64,000 nucleotides of DNA from assembly GCF_006345805.1 (NCBI RefSeq), contig NC_043024.1:434001-498000 (forward strand), given 5' to 3'. Shown piece by piece: positions 51,070-62,857 of this stretch (its first letter is position 1; the number at the start of each line of letters is the position of its first letter). The stretch comes from Octopus sinensis. Its lineage: Eukaryota. The notes below the pieces were generated by a model, which worked only from the letters and a program-made list of their open reading frames with translations, did no database searches and was not told the DNA's origin. Position numbers and translations under genes: made by a program.

Positions 51070-52229
51070 GTACAGTGCATCTTAGAGTATATGGATTAAT
51101 CAATTATATTATAAAAGAGAAGCTGATCTCCGTCTGTCCATCACAAAACATATGTGGGGGAGAGGAAGAGAAAAAGTTGTTGCTGTTGAGAGAGAAATAC
51201 AGTGAGATAGAGAGAGAGAATGTGTGTGTGTGCAAAAGATAGATAGATAGGTGGTGTTGTCACCATAGTAACTAAGAAGTTTTTATTAAAAATACAGGAA
51301 CTTTTAGTGCAAGTTTGTCAACACAACACATCACAGACTTCAAAACAAAAAAACAAAAGAGTTTCAATATATTACCATATTTTTTGGTTGTTTGTGTGTA
51401 TGTGTACTCTTTTACTCTTACTTGTTTCAGCCATGCATCTGTGGTCATGCTGGAGCACCACCATGTTTACTCTTGTACGTTCTAAGTTCAAATTCCCTCT
51501 AGGCTGTCTTTGCCTTTCATCCTTTCAGGTGTCAGTAAAATAGGTACCAGTTGAGCACCAGGGATGACTGATATTAGCTTAACTAAGCCTGAGTAAGTGT
51601 ATTAAAAACTGCACCCCTCTGCCAAGCCATGTTGAGCCAGTGTAGCAGAATAGACTCATCAAACCAGTGTGACCTGAGGGTCAAATTCATAGCCTCCATG
51701 TCAGACCATATATATGTTTGTATATATGTATGTATGTGTGATATGTGTATGCATGGTGTGCATGTGTGTGTGTGTGTATTATTGTTTGCTGAACTTAGTT
51801 CTGCATGATAGTTATAAACGAGGGGGACTGTCGTACAAGCAGTGATTTTTGTTCCTGTTTTGAGTCTTCCCTGAAGACATGTCTGATCATGAGAAATATT
51901 AGCTTAAATGGTAAAAGATCAGGCTTGGCAACAGGAAATACATCCTACCTCAACAAACTGCATCTGATCCATTGAGCATGGAAAACTGCACATTAAAAAT
52001 GATGAAGCAGTGATGCTGGTGGTGGTAGTGGTTATGGTGGTGGTGGTGGTGGTGGTGGTGGTGGTGGTGGTGGCAGTGATGATGATGGTTGTGGTCAGCC
52101 AGGAGCTATAATAAAAGACACTTGTCCAAGGTACTGTGCAGAACTGAACCTTGAGCCATGTGGTTGCAAAGCAAGCCTCTTCACCATATAACCATTTTTT
52201 AAAATAATTTTCAATTCTTCTTATTCCAG

Positions 52230-52356
52230 ATTTGCCAACAGTTCTTTGCCCATTCTCAGGAAATATGGTTTTGATGGGTTGGATCTTGATTTCGAATTCC
52301 CTGCTTGGAATGGTTTACCCAAGTATCAGAAACATTCCTTCAGTCTTTTATTGATG
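52230..52356 (+). CDS. GH18 chitinase coding exon 3 (catalytic DxxDxDxE)
   Basis: FANSSLPILRKYGFDGLDLDFEFPAWNGLPKYQKHSFSLLLM; the FDGLDLDFE motif is intact; ttccag acceptor, ATG|GTAATT donor. Confidence 0.95.
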
Positions 52357-55300
52357 GTAATTAACTTTGCTTCAAAACTTTACAAGTATTTAATCTGTTA
52401 TATTCGGTTTTTGATATCCATATTTTGTCAGCAATAACATCAGGAGTAATAGTGCCCCAGCTGGCCATTTGCTGATTGCCGGCATATTTGGTATTGTCAA
52501 GAAAGTGTCTATATATAAAAGATGCGTGCAGTATGTAAAGGACACATATAGATATATAAAGGTTATATACAAATATATAAAGGACACACACACACATACA
52601 GTTATAAAGGACAGCTACAGATGTAAAAGTCATATATGGATATATAGCATGTACACATAGAGGACAAATACAGACATATAGGCCATTTATAGATTTGAAC
52701 AACATAGGACATATATTGGTCATATACATAAAAGACATGCATCATCTCCATAACAGCAAGGTTCATTTCATCTGTCTTCCATGAGAAATATGTCTGGACA
52801 TGGAAAAATGTTATTTTGCTTGGAAACAGGTGAAGGTTGGTGACAGGAAGGGCATCCAGTCTAAAAATATGCCTAAACAAATCCCAGCTGACCCATGCAA
52901 GCATTGAAAAGTGGACATTAGATGATGATGATGATGGTGCAAGGTATCAGTGTTGATGTCTCAGGTAAATATATACTACTAGGCTCAAGGCTTTAATAGA
53001 AGACACTTGACCACAGTGCCATGCAGTGGGACTGAACCTCATCATCATCATATATATATCTTCTCTTTCTCTCTCTCTATCTCTCTCTTTCCCCTCCCAC
53101 TCCCATGTGACCCATTCTCCTCTCTCTGTCCTCTTCCTTTCTTCGCTTGGCCATTCATTCATTCAGTCTCCCTTCTCACAGGTTCTGCTTCCAACAGTCA
53201 GTTCGTTTCTTCACCTTTCATTCTCTCTTTCCGTCTCCACTTTCCGGTCCCAGTCCTTTCGGACATTTTCCTTGCATGACTCAGACACGTCTTGTCCTAT
53301 TCTCGAACTGTCCAACCTTTATTTTTATTTGTGTATTATCTTTTATATTTTACTTGTTGCGGCCATACTGGGGCATCGCCTTGAATGAATCAACCCCAGC
53401 ACTTTTTTTAAGCCTTGTACTCGTTCTATCAGTATCTTTTACTGAACTGTTAAGTTACAGGGATGTAAACACACCAACACCGGTTGTCAATCAGTGGTGA
53501 GAGAACAAACACAGACACAAAAACATGTACACACACACACACACATATATATAATCAAGTTTCCAAAATTTTCCAAATTTTGGTTGATGGGGATATATAA
53601 TCCAAGCCGGTACCAATATGAACTTCTACCAATTGATAATGCTGGTTAGCGTACAGGAGTTTATGTACTTTCAGTTGGTTGTTTACCTATTCTGTGTACT
53701 TTGTGATGCTGGACAATGCAGTTGTCTCTAAGGAGTCTGTTGGCTTTTTGGTAGACGAGAAATACTGAATCAGTTTCAGGAAAACAGAGATTTGAGAATA
53801 TCCAATTTTTTAAATTTATTTATGCAGTCTTTAAATTTCTTCGGAAAAATTGGATACTCTCTATCCTCTGTTTACCTTAAACTGATCTTTCAGCTACCAA
53901 ACTCTTTTACTACAAAAGTAACCTCAAAAAAAGGTTGAGGTGGGGTTTGCACAATTTTGAGGTTTCTTAACAAAGGGAGGCAACTCTGCCTGAACAAGCT
54001 TTACGTCTTAGAGAAGAAAATGTTTAAAATACAGAGTTTTACCAGGGAATGAAACTTCAAAGATACACCATGAACTTTATTATTATTATTATTATTTAAT
54101 AGATAATCTTTTAATGTAAAGAGTGTTTGTCTGTGTTTTGATTACAGCAGACCCATAGCATAGTTCTGTTTTGTTTTTCTTCCTGAAATACTGTAAATCT
54201 ATGTCTTTCTTTTGATAAAAGAGTGTTTTAAGAGAGATTTGGCTGCTATTTGTAGTATCTCAAGTTAGCACAGAGACATCTGTGTGTGTGTCTTTTCTCA
54301 GAATATTTTGCACAATAATTTTTGGACATCTTCCTGCTAACCATTCAACTTCAAATTACAATTGTTAATTGCTGGAAGTCAAGTGGACTGAGATGTACAT
54401 ATAGTGTTAATGTATAGAGTTGGCAGTTCAATATGAAATTAGCCCTGAGGCTAATCAAGAAACACATTGTACTAAATGTACAGTCCATAATATACTTCGG
54501 ATCTATGCAAGGGGCAGGTTCTGAGGAAGGTGAATGATAAATAAATAGCAACAGATGCATATGTCAATTCACTACAACTGTTTCCAACTAATTTTTAATT
54601 AATTGGTTAATGAAGACATTACATCATTAGAAAAAACTGTTTTCATTGTGTGAATACATGAACCACAACATTCAAAACCATTCGGAATTCAATGGGGTGG
54701 GCAGCTTCATGATTTTTGTGACTCTTGCTGGTCAAGATGAACAACCTGTTAGAGTTTGAATGTTGTGGTTCATGTATTGACACAATGAAAACAGTTTTTT
54801 CTAATGATGTAATGTCTCCATTAATTAATAATTTAAAAATTAGTTGGAAACAGCTGTAGTGAAATGACACATTATCCATCTGTTGTTATTTATTCATTTA
54901 TATATATATATATCATCATCATCATTGTTTAAAGTCTGCCTTCCATGCTACCATGGGTCGGACAGGTATATCACCTAATTGTTAAGGTGTTGCACTCACA
55001 ATCTAGCAATTGTGGGTTCAATTCCTGGGCTGGGCAATGTTTTGTGTTCTTGTGTAAAACACTTCATTCCACATTGCTCCAGTCCACTCAGCTGTAAATG
55101 AGTAACACTGCAAAGACCTCACTTTCCAGTTTGGGGGAATATTGGCCTGCTTGCCTAGCCTATAAGGTGGCATCATTCAAAAGCTAAAACAATGCAAATT
55201 GCATTGTGACTAGCGATGTATAACAACATTCGTTAGCCAGATCGATCATATGATATATATATATATATACATTTACCTTTGTTACTACTCTGGCTTTCAT

Positions 55301-55391
55301 ACACACATACTCACACATACATAAAAAATATAGAGGTATGTATATGTGTGGGAGATGTATATCAAAGTTTGTCTTTCACTTCATCTTACAG

Positions 55392-55516
55392 GAACTCTAT
55401 GCATTGTTTCAACAAGAAGCTGCCCTTACCAACAGACCACGCTTGATGCTGACTGCAGCTGTCGTTTCCACAAAGGAGATAACTGATGCCTCTTATGAAG
55501 TCCCTATTCTTGCTAA
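55392..55516 (+). CDS. GH18 chitinase coding exon 4
   Basis: ELYALFQQEAALTNRPRLMLTAAVVSTKEITDASYEVPILA(K), with the typical RLxLTAAV...YE motif; AA|GTAAGT donor. Confidence 0.93.
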
Positions 55517-55559
55517 GTAAGTAATTCCATATTTGTTCATCTCCTTTATGTGTATGTCC

Positions 55560-55835
55560 TATAAATGTTCTGACCATGTTGTTTATATCTGTAAATGGCC
55601 TTTATGTCTGTATGTGTCCTTTATGTGTATGTGCTATATATCTGTATATGTCTTTTACATCTGTATCTGTCCTGTGTAGCTGCATGTCTTCTTTATGTCT
55701 GCATGTGTCCTTTATAGTTGTATGCATCCTTTATATTTGTAAGTGTCCTTTATAGTTGTATGTGTCCTTTATATGTGTATGTGTCCTTTATATTTGTATG
55801 TGTCCTTTATAGTTGTATGTGTCCTTTATATATGT
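55560..55835 (+). repeat. About 19-bp minisatellite (tgtgtcctttatagttgta), with an inverted diverged homologue at about 52500-52750
   Basis: Visible 19-bp periodicity; about 95 bp align at roughly 85% identity to the reverse complement of the 52.6-kb segment. Confidence 0.75.
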
Positions 55836-57012
55836 ATGTAATCCCAGCATCCAACTGATAAAATGTCAAGACTGTGTTGGCACCATGAAGAATGCTTCGG
55901 TGCCATAGAAATGGATGTATTTTTTCCCCTTTCATCGTTCTGTATGTTTTTGTCTAAGAAGAAAGCTATCATAGAATCTCTGAGACTCTTAGGGGGCAAA
56001 GGGACAGAGAGAAGAGAAAATTATCCTCAGACTGGGGACCAAGATCAAGAAGCTTGCAACAGAGTGAAGTCTCTTCTGAAAACATCCAAGGTCCAAGGAG
56101 TTGTGTTAAAACCAGGCAATAATTTAACCCTTTAGTATTGAAACCAGCCATATCTAGCTCAAATATGCCTCCTGTTTTACATTTAAACTGGACAAATCAG
56201 ACCTCTCACACCTACCCTACAATGTCATTCTAAAGATAAACATTCACATCATTGAAATCTCAAAGCTACAAAATAATGCAGGATTAATTAAAAACAGTGT
56301 GAATAAACGAGCAGAACATTTGCCAGAGTAATGTGAATGCTAAAGGGGGGTTGAAACAATGTTGATAACCATTTAACTGTTTTAAGCATTTAGAATGTGG
56401 CCATGCTGGGGCACCATCTTCAAATACTTTTAATCAAATGAATCGACCCCAGTGCTTTTTTTTAAAGCCTGGTACTTATTTTATCAGTCACGTTTTGCCA
56501 CACTGCTTAGTTATGAGGACATAAACAAGCTAACACCAGTTGTCAAGTGGTGGTGAAAGACAAACACAGATAGAAAGAGACACAGACATACACATACAGA
56601 TATGACGGGCTTCTTTCAGTTTCCATCTGCAAAATCCACTCACAAGGCTTTGATCAGCCTGAGGCTATAGTAGAAGACACTTGCCCAAGGTGCCAAGCAG
56701 TGGGACTGAGCCTAGAACCATGTGATTTTAATGCTATTTTTAATGGCATTTAAATATTTGTATTTAATATTTTAATGACATTTCAAAGATAGTTGCATGT
56801 TTGTATTTTTAATGCATTTTAATGGCCTTTAAATATTTGTATTGAATGATATTTTAAGGCCATTTGCATATTGCATTTAATGATATTTTAAAGGCATTTG
56901 AGTATTTGTATTTAATGACATTCACTTTGTTTTCACCTCACCTCCCTGGCCTTTCCTTGCTCTCTTAACATTCTCTTAACATTTCCCTCTCATCTAACTT
57001 ACCTCTGAACAG

Positions 57013-57139
57013 AGTACTGGACTTCATCAACCTGATGTGTTACGACTACCATGCTTTTGCTTACTACGATCCCTTCACAGGATTTAACAGTCCACTCTAC
57101 CCTGAAAAGCATGATTCCATCTATGGCAACCGGTCCATT
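57013..57139 (+). CDS. GH18 chitinase coding exon 5
   Basis: VLDFINLMCYDYHAFAYYDPFTGFNSPLYPEKHDSIYGNRSI, with LDFINLMxYD and TGxNSPLY motifs; 127 nt, phase 2->0. Confidence 0.93.
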
Positions 57140-58193
57140 GTAAGTCTCAATTACCCTTCATTAGTCTTTTTTTCTATTTATAATTCTCTATTTAATTAGT
57201 TATATCATTCAATGAATAACCTTTTTATTTCACACGGTGGTCTTACAGGAATCTGTAAATACTGCAATAGAGTCAGAGGGGAAAAGAGATTTAAGCTCAG
57301 AGGAAGATAACCATTTCTAAACATGTCCATCGTTTATCTTTGGTGAAGAAATTTTTTTTTTCTCAAAGAGTGAAAAAGAGACAGAAGAACATACACCTTA
57401 TTGCATATAATTCTTTTATCATTATTATTATTATTATTATTATCATCATAGTAGCCATTTATGATATCATTTCATCCTTATTTGGAATCCTTTTATTTTA
57501 GTTACTTCTAGAATGCAGAAATATAAGAATAACTGAGTCATCATCATCATCATCATCGTTTAACGTCTGCTTTCCATGCTGGCATGGGTTGGACAGTTTG
57601 ACTGAGGACTGGCAAGCCAGAAGGCTGCACCAGGCTCCAATCTGATCTGAGAAGTTCTACAGCTGGATGCCCTTCCAAATGCCAACTTCGCTGAGAGTGT
57701 AGTGGGTGATTTTTACATGCCACCAACATGGGAGCCAGTCAGGCAGTCCAACAAACACACTCTGCCAACAAACAACATGAATCTACCAACTGCTACAAAC
57801 TTCAAAAGAAGACAGATGGATGGGATGGCCTTGAAGTCAAAGATTTTAAAACTAATGGCGACAACACTTGAATATCACCTGAGGAAACACAACTGGATCT
57901 CATTATGCAAACAAACAGTTGTGTAACCAAATACCTGTGTTTTTTGAGAACCATGTTGTATGGAAACAATTGTAGTGATTAAAAAATAACTGTCCAACCG
58001 TACTCCTTCTTGGTGACTCCAATTTCTTCAGTTTTATAATCACACACAATGAATATCCAAACATATATGTGGAAGTATATAATAATGCTACCGGATAGCA
58101 TTGGTGGACGATTCTGATGGTGGGCGAGCTTTATACTGTACTCTGCCAAGTTCCCTAATAGAATATACAATAACTAACTATAAAAATATATAT

Positions 58194-58613
58194 ATAATTT
58201 TCACATCAACACACACACACGTTTATGAGGGGAGGGGCTGCAAAGTTCCTGGCTTTCGATAAAAGAAAATAGAGGAGGATCAGTTAATTATGATTTTATT
58301 CAATATATTCCCCTCTCAGATTCACACATTTATTGCAGGAGTCCTTCAGTTTTTCTTAGTCATGTAAAAGAACTCAGAAGGTTGGGCCTCCAGCTAGGCC
58401 TTTCATGATAAAGACGTTTACAAACTCATAAGTGAATGTGAGAATTACTCAGAAGCAATTCAAACTCTGGGGAGACTCTACGTGAAACCTTTTAAACTTT
58501 GATATTTGAGTTTGGGTTTATAACACCCTTAAAGCCAGGAACTTTTCAGCAGCCCCTTGTACAAGCAAGAAAATTGCTGTTACCTTTATACTAAGGCTCT
58601 CTTCATCTTCATA
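58194..58613 (-). repeat. 420-bp inverted duplicate of 61067-61486
   Basis: Base-by-base reverse-complement comparison gives 419/420 identity; includes codons [10 protein letters not shown] and the exon 7 donor. Confidence 0.95.
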
Positions 58614-58672
58614 TTTTAATGTTCCATTTATATATATATATCTATATATATACATACACATACACACACACA

Positions 58673-58743
<71 letters not shown>

Positions 58744-59011
58744 ATGTGTATGTATATATATAGATATATATATAAATGGAACATTAAAATTAATCAAAGA
58801 TATATTAAGTATGTCTATTTGCTAGAAATAAGAGTTTTGACTGTTATTTCCAGCAGGTAGACATACTCAGTATGTCCTTTGATTAATTTAAATCTTTCAG
58901 CTACTTAATGCTTGGGGGGGGGGTTGCATTTAAATTATTACACTAGATAATAATAGAATCAATGATATCTTCATTGATTCTATTATTATTTCTCATGAAT
59001 TATTTGTTCCG

Positions 59012-59094
<83 letters not shown>

Positions 59095-59347
59095 ATATTA
59101 TGTGTGTGTGTGTGTCTTTTTGTTTGTGTTTGTCCTCCACCTCTGCTTGACAACTAGTGTGGGTGTGTGTATGTCCCAATAACTTAGCGGTTTGACAAAA
59201 AGACTGATAGAATAAATACCAGGCTTTAAAAGAATAAGTACTGGGGTCAATTTATTGAACTAAAAATTCTTCAAGGCGATGCTCCAGCATGGCCACAGTC
59301 TTCTGTCTGAAACAACTAAAAGTTAAGAGTTATATATCTGTTTTCAG

Positions 59348-59515
59348 GTTTTCTCCGCTAACTACTGGATTCTGAAGGGGATGCCAAAGTCTAAAGTTGT
59401 GGTTGGAATTCCTTTGTATGGCCACAGCTACAAGCTGGTGTTTAAGGGTTCGCATGGGGTCCATGCTCTCAGTTATGGACGAGGTGAAAATGGCGGCTTT
59501 GTCACTTATCCACAA
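59348..59515 (+). CDS. GH18 chitinase coding exon 6
   Basis: VFSANYWILKGMPKSKVVVGIPLYGHSYKLVFKGSHGVHALSYGRGENGGFVTYPQ, with the GxPxxKxVxGIPxYG motif; 168 nt. Confidence 0.93.
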
Positions 59516-59599
59516 GTAAGGGTTGCCTTCTTGCTTTTTCTGAACATTCTCTCTCTCTCTCTCTCTCTCTCTCTGACAATAGATTAGCATTGAGATCAT

Positions 59600-59880
59600 C
59601 ACTCACCAACATTATCATCACCAGTCACATCATCATCAATCACCATCATCATCAGTTACCATCATTGTCAGTCACCATAATCATCAGTCACCATCATCAT
59701 CAGTTACCATTATCAGTCACGATCATCATCATCAGTCACCATCATCATCAGTCACCATCATCATCAGTCACCATCAGCATCAGTCACCATCAGCATCAGT
59801 CACCATCATCATCATCAGTCACCATCATCATCAGTCACCATTATCAACAGTCACCATCATCATCATCATTACCATTACTA
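59600..59880 (+). repeat. (CAT)/(CAGTCACCAT) low-complexity tract
   Basis: Degenerate repeats just downstream of chitinase exon 6. Confidence 0.8.
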
Positions 59881-60976
59881 CTACCATTCCCACCATTTTC
59901 TTTGTTAGGATTCCTCACTTGACAATTTCTGCTCTTTGTTTAAGGACTTGATAAAGTTCAATGACCTAGTGGTTAGGGTGTTGCACTCACAACCTTACAG
60001 CTATGGTTTCAGTTCCTAGGTCAGGTGGTGTGTTGTGTTCTTGAACAAAACCCTTCGTTTCACATTGCTCCAGTCCACTCGGCTGTAAAACAAGTTCCAG
60101 TATTAACTGAGAAGTTAACCCTGTGAATGGCTGGAATCCCATCCAGGGGAGGATTATGATCTCAATCACTTATATTCTATGGAAACCAGGTTCGACTCCA
60201 GCCTTATGAGCCCTAGAGCTCATGACTGAGCTAAACTAAGATTAAGGACTTTAAGAGGAGCATTGTTGTCACTGGCACCACCGCTATCATCACCATTATC
60301 ATCACCATCACCACCACCACCATCACCATCATCATCATTGCAATCATCACCTCATTTTCATCATCACTGCCATCATTATCATCACTATTACCTATTTCTT
60401 TACTACCCACAAGGGGCTAAACACAGAGAGGACAAACGGATTAAGTCGATTACATCAACCCCAGTGCGTAACTAGTACTTAATTTATCGACCCCAAAAGG
60501 ATGAAAGGCAAAGTCGACCTCGACGGAATTTGAACTCAGAACGTAGCGGCTGACGAATACCGCTAAGCATTTCGCCCAGCTCACCGCCTATCATCACTAT
60601 TACCATTACGTTCTGAGTTCAAATTCTGCCCGGGTTGACTTTGCTTTTCATCCTTTCAGGGTTGATAAATTAGGTACAAGTCAAGTACTAGGATGATGGT
60701 GGTGGTGGTGGTGGTTGCTACTGTTGCTGTTGTTGTTGTTGTTTAGCCCAGGTAAGCTTTGACTGTGCAGAGAGCTATGATCAAAGATGTTCTAGCCTTG
60801 ACCATCCTTATCTTTTGTTAAGGCATAGTGTATCTTGGACTATATTACCTAATATTATCCTACTTGTTGTTGTTCTCAGATGATAGAGTTGGAATATCTT
60901 TGATCCTATGTGACCTGGGGTTAAAACAACACCCATCTCTGAATTTCTCTCCCCTCCACCTCTTTCTACTCCACAG

Positions 60977-61096
60977 GTGTGCAAATATCTCCAATCAAAC
61001 TTCACCAGGGTGTTCTATGAACAGTGTCAGGTCCCTTACATGTACAAGGATCATCTATGGATTAGTTATGAAGATGAAGAGAGCCTTAGTATAAAG
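60977..61096 (+). CDS. GH18 chitinase coding exon 7
   Basis: [40 protein letters not shown], with the VPY...WISYED motif; 120 nt; AAG|GTAACA donor. Confidence 0.93.
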
Positions 61097-61120
61097 GTAA
61101 CAGCAATTTTCTTGCTTATA

Positions 61121-61454
61121 CAAGGGGCTGCTGAAAAGTTCCTGGCTTTAAGGGTGTTATAAACCCAAACTCAAATATCAAAGTTTAAAAGGTTTCACGT
61201 AGAGTCTCCCCAGAGTTTGAATTGCTTCTGAGTAATTCTCACATTCACTTATGAGTTTGTAAACGTCTTTATCATGAAAGGCCTAGCTGGAGGCCCAACC
61301 TTCTGAGTTCTTTTACATGACTAAGAAAAACTGAAGGACTCCTGCAATAAATGTGTGAATCTGAGAGGGGAATATATTGAATAAAATCATAATTAACTGA
61401 TCCTCCTCTATTTTCTTTTATCGAAAGCCAGGAACTTTGCAGCCCCTCCCCTCA
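61121..61454. mobile_element. Tc1/mariner-type MITE in chitinase intron 7
   Basis: TA|caaggggctgctgaaaagttcctggcttt ... aaagccaggaactttgcagcccctcccctca|TA; duplicated in inverted form within 58194-58613. Confidence 0.6.
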
Positions 61455-61489
61455 TAAACGTGTGTGTGTGTTGATGTGAAAATTATTTG

Positions 61490-62170
61490 TGCTGGTCAGT
61501 ATCTGCCAGGTTTCCACATAAATGGCTCAGATCTCATCGAGCATCCAATCAAATACCCCATGTACACTTTTTCTTTCACTTTAATTTAAATTCTTCTTGA
61601 GAGAGTCCAAGCCAGTCGCTAATAAAGTGACAAGACATTTTGAGTTGAAGGAGTCCCCTGTGTCTGTAAATATGGAGTGGAGTTGGTAAGTTAGTTGAAC
61701 TGTCAATGCATACACTTGAGTGAGTGCATCTATTCAAATAAGAATCTCCGGTGAAGAATCTTTGGAATGTCTTACAGATCTTCATTGTGCCACTAATAGA
61801 TTGGATTTGGAGAATAGCTATCAGTTTCTGTTGCTCTTTCAATGAGACACTTAGAATTTCTAGATTTTTGAGTAAATCTGTAGGTACATTGCCTAATGCA
61901 CCTGTGTTGAGAAGTACAAATGAAAATTTCTAGTCAATGTGCAGGAGCTAAAAGTTCCTTCTTCCTGGACTTTCGATCAGACATTCACATCCATTGGGCA
62001 ACTGACCTCTACAACGGTGAGTTCCCTGTCCCACACAACAATATCAGATTTGTTATGTTTGCACTGAGTTTCTGTTTTTAAAGGTATGAATACATGCTGG
62101 TCCTGACATGCCTTTGGTGTCAGAGCAAACCTTCCTGTAGATAGTCTTTGCAACTGTATCATGGCTCAGA
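61490..62170 (-). mobile_element. Decayed R4/Dong-like RLE retrotransposon 3' fragment
   Basis: ORF ...KHNKSDIVVWDRELTVVEVSCPMDVNV (RLE PD-x-E motif) and ...QIQSISGTMKICKTFQRF; same type as 2450-3260. Confidence 0.65.
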
Positions 62171-62722
62171 GGCAAGTAGTATCTTGTAGATGTTTTGGGT
62201 CAGCTGCTGATGATGTGGATGATGTCTCCCACACATATATAGCGATATGTGCATGTATGTATGAATGAATGTATTCAGTTATATTTCTAGATTCCTCGTC
62301 AATAGAGAAAGAGCCAGTGTCAAACCTAAGACCCGAATCTCCTTCATTGAAAATTTAAATAACATCAACAGAGTATTTTTGCATTTGCGTGTGTATGTGT
62401 GCAATACTTTGACTCTGTGCTTGTGTAGAGTTATAGGTTTCATTTTATGTCTCTATTGTCTTGCTTATAGTTACATGTTTAGGCATGGACATATGTACTT
62501 AAATGCTAAACCTTTGGAAATGTTTACAAGAATTTGACAGTTCCATTAATGGCTTGTGTCTGTAATCTTATTAGCTTTCTCCCTTCTGGGAGATAATGTA
62601 TAGCTTAAATATACAATGCAACACTTCTTCCAGGGGATTTGAACCTAAGATGAACCCCAGACTGGTCGTTCAATACTCAACATCTTTTCCATTCAGCCAT
62701 CACATTTCCTTTTCTCTTCCAG

Positions 62723-62857
62723 GTGAACTGGATCAAGAGCCATGGTTATCCGGGTATTATGGTGTACTCAATGAACTATGATGATTACTTGGGTGTTTGT
62801 GATGGGGGCAAGACAAAGAACCCACTCCTGAAGATTATTAACAAGTTCCGGCTGTAA
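62723..62857 (+). CDS. GH18 chitinase coding exon 8 (terminal)
   Basis: VNWIKSHGYPGIMVYSMNYDDYLGVCDGGKTKNPLLKIINKFRL*. The eight exons sum to 1140 nt = 379 aa plus stop. No CBM14 tail. Confidence 0.92.
   Translation: MNWIKSHGYPGIMVYSMNYDDYLGVCDGGKTKNPLLKIINKFRL

Noticed and set aside
57093-57107. 14-mer actctaccctgaaa shared by chitinase exon 5 and the ALDH9 exon 1 leader
   Set aside because: Short match compatible with chance in 64 kb; no extension.
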